Assembly (NCBI RefSeq): GCF_046119375.1
Contig: NW_027362772.1
Coordinates: 160,580,001-160,644,000, forward strand
Direction: 5' to 3'
Length of the DNA: 64,000 nt
From: Phyllobates terribilis
Lineage: Eukaryota
Shown one piece after another: positions 35,001-50,000 of the stretch (its first letter is position 1; each line of letters begins with the position of its first letter). A program made the translations under genes and the position numbers. The notes beneath the pieces are model-generated. The model ran no database searches. It was not told where the DNA came from and saw nothing but the letters and a program-made list of their open reading frames with translations.

Positions 35001-38000
35001 TCGTGTGCGGTGATTGGTGAAGAGCCAATATAGGGACGTTAGTAGAAACAGGGTGATTGTAGATTAGCCTAGGAGGTCTCCACTTCCCCTTTCCCTAGAG
35101 TCTGGGCTCCCTTTCCCGCTTACCTTTGTGTTGCACTAAGTCTTTCCCACACCTTGCGTGACACCAGGCCGGCTTATCAAAAGAAGAGCAGCAGATGCCA
35201 TCAGGTAAAGTAGTGGTTCTCAGGGCTTCGATCAAACAGTGCATTGAAAAACTGCAGCTGCATCCCCCTTCTCCCCTCCTATTCACAGTTTATGATTTAC
35301 ATTTTTACAGTAGACAGACATTTTGCTGACTGAGGATGTTTTTGAACATTTACTGAGAAAGTAAGAAAGCTACAAGCTGATGGAAGGTGAGAAAGATGTT
35401 ACTTTTCCCTAATAGGAAACTTTCCAAAAAAACAGAGTCACTTACATAAGATACAGACACCAATTCCTGCCGGAGCGATTCCCTCTCCTGCACAAAGGGC
35501 TGCTTGTCAGGGTTTACTCCATTGTCGAATATTGTGAATTTGGTTCCAAGCATGTTTGACCTGGCATCATAAGTATTGTAAGATAAAAAATATGGATCTA
35601 GATTAGAGTTATGGCCATTAAGAATATCAAAGTCTGCTCTGGTGGTTTGCATTGATTTTGATTTCCAATGTCAGACAACAGAATATTAAATGTTGTTCTG
35701 GGTTATTAATACAGGTTTTAACTAATAAATTAAGCTCTGGTCATGGTGACAGGCACAGAAGAGAGGCGGTCCCATAGAAAAAAATCAAAATGGTCCCTGT
35801 TGTCCACTCCGAACATAAGAACTTTTCGTGTCATCTCCTGTCCATCCATTTGTCATAATTTTTTGATTTCCAAAAATACAGTTTCTCTAGAGATAAAATA
35901 TACAAATTGTCTCTTCAGAGAGAAAGATGACTTAAACTCTACTGCCACCTATTGGAAGTAGCAAGTCAATATCGACCTTCTACTGTGCCTTGTCATATGA
36001 TATCAAATTCTCAGTTTGCAGACATGTGTTTCAGGGTGTTGCCCCTCTTCAGTGCAAAGCATTAGATCTGATTTGGCTGTATGAGAGGCCTCTGACTGGG
36101 GTTCAAGGGGTAATGTCTCCCCTTGTGGAGAGTGACATGTCTGACGTGCCAGTGTAAGGAGACTTACTGGCCATGCAGAGGAGTATTACATGGCCAATAT
36201 GTCTCCTTACACTGGCATATTAGGCATGTCACTCTCCACAAAGAGAGATATTACCCCTTAGACTCTAGAGAGGAAAAAGATGGAAGTGGAAATTATGCAG
36301 TAATTTTCCACTTGATGAAGTTGTACATGTAATCAGTCACCTGACTTTTCCAATCACGCTTTCTCCTCCTCGGGAAAGGTCAGTGGGATCTACTGAGATG
36401 AGATAATTTGAGGTCTTGCTTTTCTTTCTCTTCCTTCCAGCCATGAGAAAAAGCTTTAAAAAGGAGATGATAAGAAACATTACTATATTCAAAGTCTCGA
36501 ATTAAAAGTTTCCGAATGAGAAGTTGTTGGAAAGATATATACCCAATCTGTATGGTGCAGAAGGCAAACAGTTACACTAACAACCAGATTAGGTTAACAA
36601 CCCAACTGTGATCTTGGCATCACTGGCATAGTGGATTTAATTGCTTCTTATGGTTCTTTTCTTCCATATTTGACCACAAACGAACCAGCTTGAGACTCAA
36701 AATAAGTTCTATCATGTGACTTTAAATTATGGTATCTTGGATAAAAATTTATACAATGATGCTTTGGCTATAACAAAATTCCCAAAGATTCCAAGATTCA
36801 CTGGGCACTTCCCATTCTACAGTAGAGTCACTCAAACCTCATATAAAAGGCTATGTATGCACCCAAATTTCTGTCTTTGCCTCTGAAACAATTTACATAC
36901 AGTATTTATAGGCTGGCCAAAAATGGTGACCTTACTGCTTCACGAGTGAGGTCAGCAATTATTGTGTGAGAACTTCTGCTGGTCTAACCTGTGGGTAGGA
37001 ATCCTATTAGAAAGGTCCAGTTTTAACTTATTTACCACTAATTTTGCCACTAGTCCCCCCGCTATTCCCCAGCCTCTCCTCTCTGTCAATCCCTTCACTG
37101 AATCCCCATTGCCCAGAGACTCCAGTTCAAAACCCTAACCATGGCATACAAAGCCATCCACAACCTGTCATCTCCATAAATCTGTGACCTAGTCTACCAG
37201 TACTTACCTGCACACAACCTCTGATCCTCACAAGATCTTCTTCTCTACTCTCCTCTCATCTCCTCTTCCCACAACCGCATACAAGATTTCTCCCATACAT
37301 CCCCCCTACTCTGGAACTCTCTACCCCAACATATCAGACTCTCGCCTACCGTGGGAACCTTCAAAAGGAACCTGAAGACCCACCTCTTCCAACAAGCCTA
37401 CAACCTGCAGTAACCACCGTTCCACCATATCACTGCACGACCAGCTCTACCCTGACCTACTGTATCCTCACACATCCCCTGTAGACTGTGAGCCCTCGCG
37501 GGTAGGGTCCTCTCTCTTCCTGTACCAGTCGCCGTCACATTTTGTTAAAGATCATTGTAATTGTTTTTGTATGTATACCCCTTTTCACATGCAAAGCGCC
37601 ATGGAATAAATGGCGCTACAATAATAAATAATAATAATCTCGTTTTGTAAACCTAGGCCAATTTAGGAGTCTAAGCTTTAATGAGCCAAAAATCCAAGAA
37701 TTTTCTAAAAAAATATCCCATAAAAGGTGATTCTTTCCAGAAAAAAAAGCTGTTTGAGTTTACCTTTATATAGAGATATTACGGTACCTCTAAAGAGGAC
37801 CTGTCACAAGGTCAAAAGTTGATAGTTTTTGCTCTTATTTTATTCCTGCTGCTCCCTTAAGTTTTTTTTTATTTAAATCCGTCGTAAGGTTGCAGAGATA
37901 TAAATCTTTTTATTATTTCTAATTTCTATGGTCTTTAGCAAGGGGGCGTGGCTCACAGGGAAAAAATGTAGAGGAGCCTAAAGACACGCCCCCGAGGATC

Positions 38001-41000
38001 CTTTGAGGCCTATATCTCTAGAACTGCATGAGGGGTTTTAAAAAAAGAAAAAAAAACTGATTACTCAGCGGAGTCACAGGAATAAAATAAGAGCAATAAC
38101 TGGTCACTTTTAAAGTGGTGACAGTAATTCTTTAAATAGTTATATTTAGTCATTCATAAACACAAGTTCTCTGAATGAATGTTGTATTTAATATAACTTT
38201 TGGGTCTAGTGATTAAATAAGTAACAGAAGACCGAATGGAAATACATTTCCTCCAAGTAAGTCTAAGTCCAAGTAAGTAAGTAAATTTATCATTGGGATT
38301 AAAAAGGTTTTCTATGATATTTTGATGATTTCTCCTTAGGTCATCAAAGTTAGATCAGTAGGGGATTTGACTCCTAGCACCCTTACCAATCAGCTGTTTG
38401 GAGATTCCATGATATTTAGGTTAGAAAGTTATCTTTCTTCTAACAAATAACATTTTTCATCCACTTTTTACCATCTGGCCTTCATTTTTCTCATATCATA
38501 TGCACAAAAAAAAAATTCAGAGCTTCTCCTAACCCATTAAACAGTAAATTACAGACAACACTCAGATGATACATGCTATGTGTTTTTTGTAGGACCCATT
38601 CATTTGAAAGGGAAAATTGGATCCCTAATTCGTCCACAAAAAATGTGAACAAACGCATAGACCGTGAGTTCTATCCATGAAAAACACTGATAGGACACAT
38701 ACGTGAAACACGGACATCTAAATGAGGCCACCATTCTCTAGTTTCTAGGGTAAGACAGAATGTTCAATGTTCTGGATGACAGAACATACATACTGATAAG
38801 GTAAAGGGAGGGCTATGGAAACTTGGGCTGAGGCATACATGATTTTCGTAATTTTTTTTATTTAAAAAACTTGAAGGGAATCTGTCAGTAGGATCCCCCC
38901 TCCTAAGCCGTCTATATGGGCATGTAGCTCATAGGAAGCTGAATAAAATGATACCTTGATATCTGCGATCCGGTCTTATTCCTGAGAAATCCACATTTTT
39001 CTTAATATGTAAATGAGCTGTTAAGATCTATGGGCTGGACATACAGTACAGACCAAAAGTTTGGACACACCTTCTCATTTAAAGATTTTTCTGTATTTTC
39101 ATGACTGTGAAAATTGTACATTCACACTGAAGGCATCAAAATTATGAATTAACACATGTGGAATTATATACTTAACAAAAAAGTGTGAAACAACTGAAAA
39201 TATGTCTTATATTCTAGGCTCTTCAAAGTAGCCACCTTTTGCTTTGATGACTGCTTTGCACACCCTTGGCATTCTCTTGATGAGCTTCAAGAGGTAGCCA
39301 CTGGAAATGGTTTTCACTTCACAGGTGTGCCCTGTCAGGTTTAATAAGTGGGATTTCTTGCCTTATAAATGGGGTTGGGACCATCAGTTGTGTTGTGCAG
39401 AAGTCATGTGGATACATAGCTGATAGTCCTACTGAATAGACTGTTAGAATTTGTATTATGGCAAGAAAAAAACAGCTAAGTAAAGAAAAACGAGTGGCCA
39501 TCATTACTTTAAGAAGTGAAAGTCAGTCAGTGCGAAAAATTGGGCAAACTTTGAAAGTGTCCCCAAGTGCAGTTGCAAAACCCATCAAGCGCTACAAAGA
39601 AACTGGCTCACATGAGGACCGCCCCAGGAAAGGAAGACCAAGAGTCACCTCTGCTTCTGAGGATAAGTTTATCCGAGTCACCAGCCTCAGAAATCGCAGG
39701 TTAACAACAGCTCAGATTAGAGACCAGGTCAATGCCACACAGAGTTCTAGCAGCAGACACATCTCTTCAACTACTGTTAAGAGGAGACTTTGTGCAGCAG
39801 TCCTTCATGGTAAAATAGCTGCTAGGAAACCACTGCTAAGGACAGGCAACAAGCAGAAGAGACTTGTTTGGGCTAAAGAACACAAGGAATGGACATTAGA
39901 CCAGTGGAAATCTGTGCTTTGGTCTGATGAGTCCAAATTTGAGATCTTTGGTTCCAACCACCGTGTCTTTGTGCGACGCAGAAAAGGTGAACGGATGGAC
40001 TCTACATGCCTGGTTCCCACCGTGAAGCATGGAGGAGGACTTGTGATGGTGTAATGGTGCTTTGCTGGTGACACTGTTGGGGATTTATTCAAAATTGAAG
40101 GCATACTGAACCAGCATGGCTACCACAGCATCTTGCAGCGGCATGCTATTCCATCCGGTTTGCGTTTAGTTGGACCATCATTTATTTTTCAACATGACAA
40201 TGACCTCAAACACACCCCCAGGCTGTGTAAGGGCTATTTGACCAAGAAGGAGAGTGATGGGGTGCTACGTCAGATGACCTGGCCTCCACAGTCACCAGAC
40301 CTGAACCCAATCGAGATGGTTTGGGGTGAGCTGGACCGCAGAGTGAAGGCAAAAGGGCCAACAAGTGCTAAGCATCTCTGGGAACTCCTTCAAGATTGTT
40401 GGAAGACCATTTCCGGTGACTACCTCTTGAAGCTCATCAAGAGAATGCCAAGAGTGTGAAAAGCAGTCATCAAAGCAAAAGGTGGCTACTTTGAAGAACC
40501 TAGAATATAAGACATATTTTCAGTTGTTTCACACTTTTTTGTTAAGTATATAATTCCACATGTGTTAATTCCTAGTTTTGATGCCTTCAGTGTGAATGTA
40601 CAATTTTCATAGTCATGAAAATACAGAAAAATCTTTAAATGAGAAGGTGTGTCCAAACTTTTGGTCTGTACTGTAGATCTCCCAGAGAATCTGCCTCCTA
40701 GGCTTATTATAAATGAAAGGAGGCATTACCAGTGTGAGACATATAATGACTGACAGTCTGCTCTCCTGATCTACATGTCTCACACTGGTAATGCCCCCTT
40801 TCATTTACAATAAGCTCTGGAGGCAGATTCTCGGGGAGATCTATGTCCGGCCCATAGATCTTAACAGATCATTTACATATTAAGAAAACATGGATTTCTC
40901 AGAATAAGACATCGGATCGCAGATATCAAAGTATCATTTCATTCAACTTTTTATGATCTGCAAGCCCATATAGTTGGCTTAGGAGGGGGAATCCTACTGA

Positions 41001-44000
41001 CAGATTTCCATTAAATCTATTTATTTTAATCAAGTTTGCAAAAATACATTTTAAATATTTCCCTCTAGAAATTCACAGTGAAAACCCATAGGAAGAGCAC
41101 ATTTATTCATTACTTACTCTTTTAGCATCTTCTCTCTCTAAATGAAGGTAGTAGGTGGGGTAGAGTCCTCTATCTACTCCTTTCTTGTCCCTGGTGATGC
41201 GGCACTGAAAAGTCATACTCCGAGGAGCTGGGCGTAAAGCAAAACCTTTCAGATCATCAATTTCTAAGCAGGCAGCAATCTCGGGGTCTTCTTCCTAAGA
41301 AGAGGCTCTGCATTAGGTTATGCTACAATATAAGGGTTGATCTATCTTCAAAGTGGACCTGTTACTAGTCGGGGGCTGTCCCTACACAGACTGACACTGT
41401 CCAATCAGTGTTGAAAGTGTCAGATGGGTAGTGATACACCTCCTACCCAGTTGTCATTTATTCATAAATTTCAAAGAGGAATAAATGAGGGATGGAACAT
41501 CACAGAGATGTTGCAGAAGATGCTCCAGACATCTCAGGAGAGATATTGGGTTCTCCCTAAAACTTACTTTACTCAAGGAAGACATTGGTCTTGTATATAC
41601 AACACTGCTAAGGATATCTGAATCTTCATCAAAGTCGTTATCTTCATTGGTATCCCCTTCATTGGAATCCCGTCTTCTTCTGGATTTCGCTGAGGTCATC
41701 ATCAAGAAGAATAAATGGCACATTGTTAGGCTGGATTTACAGGTCAATTTCATACATATACGGTAGTTGAGGTCTCACAATGAACTTATTACAGAATATA
41801 AACATATTTTGCAAAAATTCTAACCAAAAATACCTTTCTTCCCTTCACAAGGAAATTTCACTTCTATTCATTGCTTATACTGGACATGAGCCAAAAATTA
41901 TGACATAGGTTAGGTCCAATGGAACGTTTCTTTAGAGGGGTTGTCCAGGCACAGCATATTGATGACCTATTCATCGTACTGCAAAATGATTCCTATGTAA
42001 AAGAATGAGCTGCATTCAAAATATTTACATCCAATGTCCACCAGGGAAAATAATAGCTGATTGATGGGGGTACCAGGTGTTGGACTCCCACGAATTTCAT
42101 ATTGATGACCTATCCTGCGGACAACCCCTTAAAGAGGGGGAATCGAACTTTTAAAAATCTTGCCCCCCCTATCAAACTTGTCCTTTAGGCCAAATAGAAA
42201 ATGTATGCTCAATTCTACCAAAACTTTGAAACAGTGATCAGGGATGAGCGAACCTAAACTGTAAAGTTCGGGGCTTGTACCGGATACCTAATGTCCAGTA
42301 CCGAACCCCGAACATGGACTTCTTACTGTATGTCTGTGTTACTTTTCAGTTTTAGCAGACTAGTAAAGCTTGTTGAAGCGTAGCAAATCAACAAGATTTT
42401 CCGGTGTGGGCACTTCCGACACCATCACAGCCATGCCTAGGGTTAGGGTTAGGTTTAGACTGGCAATGGAGCTGCATTCTCTGAATGGAGCGTCATAGAC
42501 TGGATGAAGAAGACTGGAATTGTCGTGGGATCTCCATATTATGTATTACGGCAGCCCCTTCGGATTGTTATTTTTTTATTATTATTGTTGTTTTTTTAAT
42601 GTATGGGGGAAAGAGGGAAATTGTTGGGGAGGTTTTTTTCAAATAAAGATTTTTTTCAGTGTGTTTTCTTCTCTTCTTACTTACTGGGTTAGTAATGGGG
42701 GTGTCTGATAGAAGCCTGTCCATTACTAACCTGTGGGCTTAATATCAGCGGACATTACACATCTGACATCAACCCCACAATCCCATTACCCTGATTGTCA
42801 CCAAACCAGGGCAATCGGGAAGAGCCGAGGCTAATAGATGCACCATTTCTGGGGTGGCTGAAGGCTGGTCTTATTAGGCTGGAAAGGGGCCAATATCCAT
42901 GACCCTTCCCAGCCTATTAATATCAGCCCCCAGCTGTCTGCTTTGCCTTAGTTGGTTATTAAAAATAGTGGGGACCTCACATCCTTATTTTAGGGGGTCC
43001 CCCATTTTTTTTTAATAATCAGCAAAGGCAAAACAGACAGCTGGGGGCAGATATTCCATGGATATTCACTTTTTCCCAGCATAATAAGACCAGCTGACCG
43101 CTATCTACTTTCCCTTGGCTGGTTATTAAAAATAGGGGGAACCCCACATCATTTTTAATTAATTTATAAACGAGTACAGTAAGCTAAAAACACAAGGCAC
43201 TACTCTACTCCTCCACTTGGACCTCCGCCTAATGGTTTAAGATTATTATTTTTTATATTTTTTATTGTGTGTTATTTTAAGTAATTTCCCTATCCACATT
43301 TGTTTGCATGGCAATTTTCCTGCTCTTGCCCCCATTTTTCTTACTTTTGCAGAGTCCTAGCCCTTACTAAGACCATTTTACAGCACCAAAGTTTGGGTCC
43401 CTATTGACTTACAGTACAGACCAAAAGTTTGGACACACCTTCTCATTTAAAGATTTTTCTGTATTTTCATGACTTTGAAAATTGTACATTCACACTGAAG
43501 GCATCAAAACTATGAATTAACACATGTGGAATTATATGCTTAACAAAAATGTGTGAAGCAACTGAAAATATGTCTTATATTCTAGGTTCTTCAAAGTAAC
43601 CACCTTTTTCTTTGATGACTGCTTTGCACACTCTTGGCATTCTCTTGATGAGCTTCAAGAGGTAGTCACCGGAAATGGTTTTCACTTCACAGGTGTGCCC
43701 TGTCAGATTTAATAAGTGGGATTTCTTGCCTTATAAATGGGGTTGGGGCCATCAGTTGTGTTGTGCAGAAGTCAGGTGGATACACAGCTGATAGTCCTAC
43801 TGAATAGGCTGTTAGAATTTGTATTATGGCAAGAAAAAAGCAGCTAAGTAAAGAAAAACGAGTGGCCATCATTACTTTAAGAAATGAAGGTCAGTCAGTC
43901 CGAAAAATTGGGCAAACTTTGAATGTGTCCCCAAGTGCAGTTGCAAAAACCATCAAGCGCTACAAAGAAACTGGCTCACATGAGGACCGCCTCAGGAAAG

Positions 44001-47000
44001 GAAGACCAAGAGTTAGCTCTGCTTCTGAGGATAAGTTTATCCGAGTCACCAGCCTCAGAAATCGCAGGTTAACAGCAGCTCAGATTAGAGACCAGGTCAA
44101 TGCCATACAGAGTTCTAGCAGCAGACACATCTCTACAACAACTGTTAAGAGGAGACTTTGTGCAGCAGTCCTTCATGGTAAAATAGCTGCTAGGAAACCA
44201 CTGCTAAGGACAGGCAACAAGCAGAAGAGACTTGTTTGGGCTAAAGAACACAAGGGATGGACATTAGACCAGTGGAAATCTGTGCTTTGGTCTGATGAGT
44301 CCAAATTTGAGATCTTTGGTTCCAACCACCGTGTCTTTGTGCGACGCAGAAAAGGTGAACGGATGGACTCTACATGCCTGGTTCCCACCGTGAAGCATGG
44401 AGGAGGAGGTGTGATGGTGTGGGGGTGCTTTTCTGGTGACACTGTTGGGGATTTATTCAAAATTGAAGGCATACTGAACCAGCATGGCTACCACAGCATC
44501 TTGCAGCGGCATGCTATTACATCCGGTTTGCGTTTAGTTGGACCATCATTTATTTTTCAACAGGACAATGACCCCAAACACACCTCCAGGCTGTGTAAGG
44601 GCTATTTGACCAAGAAGGAGAGTGATGGGGTGCTGCGCCAGATGACCTGGCCTCCACAGTCACCAGACCTGAACCCAATCGAGATGGTTTGAGGTGAGCT
44701 GGACCGCAGAGTGAAGGCAAAAGGGCCAACAAGTGCTAAGCATCTCTGGGAACTCCTTCAAGATTGTTGGAAAACCATTTCCTGTGACTACCTCTTGAAG
44801 CTCATCAAGAGAATGCCAAGAGTGTGCAAAGCAGTCATCAAAGCAAAGGCTACTTTGAAGAACCTAGAATATAAGACATATTTTCAGTTCTTTCGCACTT
44901 TTTTGTTAAGTATATAATTCCACATGTGTTAATTCATAGTTTTGATGCCTTCAGTGTGAATGTACAATTTTCAAAGTCATGAAAATACAGAAAAATCTTT
45001 AAATGAGAAGGTGTGTCCAAACTTTTGGTCTGTACTGTATATGGGTTCGGGGTCAAGTTCTGGTACCCGAATCAAACTTTGCACTAAAGCTCAGCCGCAC
45101 CCGAACTTCCACGTGTCTGCTCATCCCTAACAGTGATGTACGTTACTCGGGTACCCTCAACTACACTGTTTTACAAAAAAAGAGAATGGTCAGCCCTGAA
45201 AACTAAAGGCCCCCATACACATTAGATAGCTCAGCCGAGCGCTCCTTTGTTCTTAATGAGAGAGCTGCTGCAAGACTACTTTGGCAAAGGCTTATGTCCA
45301 AGGAGGACAAAAGGATCAGCCATTAAAATCCATCAGGCCAGATCCTTCTCTCATCCAACTTCATCAGTCCAGGGAGGGTTCGGAGGCCCCTATCCACATT
45401 AGACGAATACTGCTGATATCTGCAGGTTCAGCCAACTTTAATCTAATGTGTATGGCGGCCTTTATGTTCTTCACGTCTGAATGTTTTTTAAGATGACTTA
45501 GGTGGAAGAATAATGTTCCTCATGTCTTTATGTTGTCAAGGGATCGTGGTCAATAAACAATATAGTAGAGTGGCTACAATATGGAATTATATCATGGACT
45601 TTCCCGTTGTCTCCACCATGGACATTCCCATTTCTGTCTTTAGGCCTGAGTCTTTTACAAGAACGTCGTTGTTAAAGGAACCCATATATACCTGTTTTCT
45701 GTGGCTTCTTTTTATGACGTTGCTTGATGGGTGCAGGAGGGACTGTTCGATCTCCTATGCTCAATGAATTTTCTTCATCACTGGAATTCTTGAAGGCAAC
45801 CATCTTATCAGATGTTATTTCTTGAATAATATCTTGGGTTTGTACCTCGACACCTATACAAATTTTGAAATGGGAAGTTGTTTCAACATTATTATATCTC
45901 GGATATGAGCTGGCCATACAACTGAGATAAGTGTTGTCAAAAAATGTGTTTACCCCACATAAAAGTGAACTCCCAACATTGCCAAAAACCATCATCCCTT
46001 TAATGTTGAAGAAGATTTAGGAGGTCCTTAGTACATGTTAGATTGGTGGCTGGCCCCACCAAAATTAGTGTTAAGATGTTTTCTCATGTATATGGCTCAG
46101 TAATACTCGAGTCAGCACCAATATTATCATAACGTGTGCTACCTTTATTTTGTGGCGTGTTCTCTTTCTCACAATCATGAGCTCTACGAGTCTTTGACAC
46201 CTTGGGTGATGGTTTCTTGGGTTCTTTCGCGTCATGTTTTCCTGGATATAATAAAAAACCGTACAGTGATAATACATGGACATATCTTCAGATATAAAAT
46301 TGCCTTCTTCCAGAAACAGAAGACAGCAGTAGATAAGAATGGTAAGAACGCTATGCACAATATGGTGGTAGAACATTTTTTGATGCAGAAAAGGCCTTAG
46401 AAATGCAATTCATATTTTTATGTCTTATAAAAACTGCACAGACTATTGCTACACTTTGCAAAACTATAGGCCCGATTCATCATTGCATTTTCATCCATTT
46501 TTTGGCATGAATACTTTTCTTTTAGTGACTTTTTGATTCATGACAAATTCATAAAAAAAATTCCACCTTTTTTAAATTTTCATCTGTTCAGTTATTTTTA
46601 TGATTTTTTTTATGTCAATATCGCTTTTCCAGATGTTTTAAATTGATTCAACAAATGCTCTTTTTTGTTTTTTAAAAAGTTGCTTCCTACCTTCCTGGAA
46701 TGATTTGATGCACACTGATTATTTTGGCACATTTCTGCGCCATTTTACAACGCATGCTACTTTTTGCATTAAAAAGTCGCAAAATTAGGTCAAAGACAAC
46801 AAAAATAGCATTTTAAAAAATTCCATGTGCACCAATTTTGAACAATTTGGTGCAAAAATTTGCAATGAAAACTGCAAGACTGGAAAAAAAAGTGACTTAA
46901 AAAAATGCAAATGATGAATCGAGTCCTTAGTTTTATCTAGGTGCTCTGGAAGCTATGGATTAAGCTGAGATGACAAAATAATCATCTGATTTTGGTCCAA

Positions 47001-50000
47001 AAAAAAATAACAGACAATTTTTTTATCTGTATTGTCATCCATTTGTCATCTGTATCCCATTCGCATGAGATCCGTTTTTATATGTCATCAGTGAATAAAA
47101 TTAACAAGAACAAATCTAGTTTCTTTGGTTTAAGTATAATTCATCCACAAAAATTGGATTCTGTACTGTGGCTCCATATGGGGGTCTGATTTTTTTGAGG
47201 GGGGCACCCTTTAAATTTATAATCCTAAATATTAATAATTTACTCCTAATGTTAATGAAAACTGGGGGTGGAAACCATAAAACCATAAATGTATATAAAG
47301 GTCAAACATCAAATTAATAATCTGTTAATCAAAATATGCATCACTGTTGATCATTGTATGCCATAAATAGCTGATAGATGGGGGGGGGTCACACCACTGG
47401 GACCCTTATCTATCTCAAAAATCAGGTCCATCTCACTCAACCATGAATGAAGAGGTGGCCGCACTCACGCTGGTCGTTCCATTCACTTTTAAGGAAGTTC
47501 TGAATTATTACCAAACTTTTTTGGCAATTTTTCAAACTCCCATTCAAGTTAATAGTGAGAGCTGCATGCGAAGCTACTGTACCTCCCCATTCCCTATAAG
47601 ACAGGGACCCGTTCTTGAAATAGATGTGGGCGACATTGGTGGGACATTGGTGGGATCCACATCTATCTTGTAAAAATAAAAGCATTCACATGAAGACACG
47701 ATTGTTGGGGGGATCATCACCCTGTTTAAAAGGCATTATCATGACACGTACCTGCCTTGGTTTTGGTCTTCTGCTTCGGTTTGGCTTGGAGGTGTTCTTT
47801 CCTGCTCGTTAAGGGTCTGGTGTCTTCAAGAATTGTCTCCTCCAGATCTTCATCTGAAATCTCTATAAGAAAGAAATAAAGAGTTTTTCCAGCTTCATAA
47901 AACTTTCACCTATACAGTTCATTGTAAAAAAAAACACAACTGGTCTTTACTCACCCTCCCCAGGTCCGCTGCGTTGTCTCCTTTGCTGCTCTGATTTATA
48001 TTGCTTGAATACAGTGATGACATCATGTTGACATCACTGCAGCCAATTGCGGAGCTCAGCGGCTCTGCCCATGTAAACCGTACAGTGATTGGCTGCAGTT
48101 TTGTCGACGTGACATCATGCCTCAACCAAAGAACTGAGACAAGGACAGCGGCGGAGGCTCAGCGCTGGACCCAGGGTGGGTAATCAAGGCACAGTTTGTT
48201 TTGATACAAAGAACTGAGAATATAGGGGTAAGGCTAAGTGCCCACGATGCAGAAATGCTGCTGATTTTTTCTGCATCTCCCTGGGAGGAAAAACGCATGC
48301 GTTTTTTACATGCGTTTTTCCTGCCAGGTAGAAGCGTTTGTCAAGCGTTTTTGCATGCATTTTTGCATGCAGGTTATCAAGCGCTTTTCCAAGCGATTTT
48401 AGCGTCATTTGGAAAAGTGCTTGACAACTTGGTCACACTATATAAATCCATGCAACCGGCATATAGTGTGACCAAGTTAATAGTTAAAAAAAGAATAAAA
48501 ATGGTAAAAAAAATAAAAAAAACCCCATTATACTCACCTTCTGATGGCCTCCAATCTTCTCTCCGTTGCGTCCGTTGTCTTGGGCGGCTCGTGGTGATGT
48601 AAAAGGACCTTCCATAACATCATTTAGTCATGTGACAGGTCACTTGACCGCCGACGCAGCTGATGTCGGCGGTCGCGTGACCTGTCACATGACTAAATGA
48701 CGTCATGGAAGGTCCTTTTACACCATCGCGAGCCACCGGAGAGCCAGGACGCACCGGAGAGAAGACCGTGGGCCATCAGAAGGTGAGTATAATGTTTTTT
48801 TTCATTTTAAATTCTTTTTTTAACAGGTACTATGGTACCCGGGTCTGGAGGAGAGTCTCCTGTCCTCCAGACCCGGGTACCATCCGCACATTGAATCGCT
48901 TAATATCCGCATGTGCACATGTAGTCATGCGGATAATTCAATGCAAGTCAATGGCGGCAATTATGCCGCGTTTCCGCAAAAATAATGGACATGCTGCAGA
49001 TTTTTCCACGATGATAATCCACAGCGGAAATTTCCACAGCATGTTCACAGCACATGCGGATTATCATTGGGGATCATAGGGCACGTATTACCAAGCGTTT
49101 TTTAAGCATTTTCGCTGCGGAAATTCCTCTGCAAAAAAGCTTGAAAAACACATAGTGGGCACTAAGTTTAAAAAAAATGGACAGTCCCTTTAAATGGGAT
49201 GTCCCCTTTTGAACTCCCTTGTTTACCTAAATACATGTATTTGGGGTTAAAAATATTTTTTACTGTTGGGTTTCATAGAAAATGTTGCACCTTTTCTCTT
49301 CTATGGCCTCTGTGTAACCTTGTCTATCGCTGGCAGTAGAATGAGTTGGCTGAGAGTCTGTCAGTGAGTTTACTCTGATGGGCGTTAAACATTTGTCTTT
49401 TTCTGAACTCCTCTTAGCTAATATAGGACCAAAGTTGGACGTGTAAGGAAATAAAGAGCCTATAAAAGACAAATGGTGCAACATTTATAATGAAACCCAA
49501 TTTAAAAATGTATTTATTTCTCACAACACATGCATTTAAGTAAAAAAAAAAATGCCCCCAAATATGGACAACACCTTTAATGTTTTTTGGTGCTGATATA
49601 AATATGCGATTAACATTGGCATTGATGAAAATGGTATACCTCCATGGTGTTGCAGCTCCTTCTTTGTCTTGCAATCAGCCTTCATATTCCTTCCGGTCGG
49701 ACTGTAGCAAACACTTTCATGCATTCCCTCTGAGAGCAAGGGATTGGTAATACCTTCAAATTGTTGTAATGGAGTAGAAGAACAAAGGTAATGTATAAAG
49801 AGCTCATTAGTAATGCAAATAAGTAATAAATATGGGAAGAAGATTTTAATAGGAGGTTTGTCCAGTATAATTATCCTTGTAAATTTTACCTAATATCGAT
49901 ATTGTTCACCTTATTTTACTGGCTATGTGATCAAAGTAGAATATAGAAGGAATTCAGCCATTTTTTGGATTAAAAATGTTCAAAAACGTTATTGTAAATT

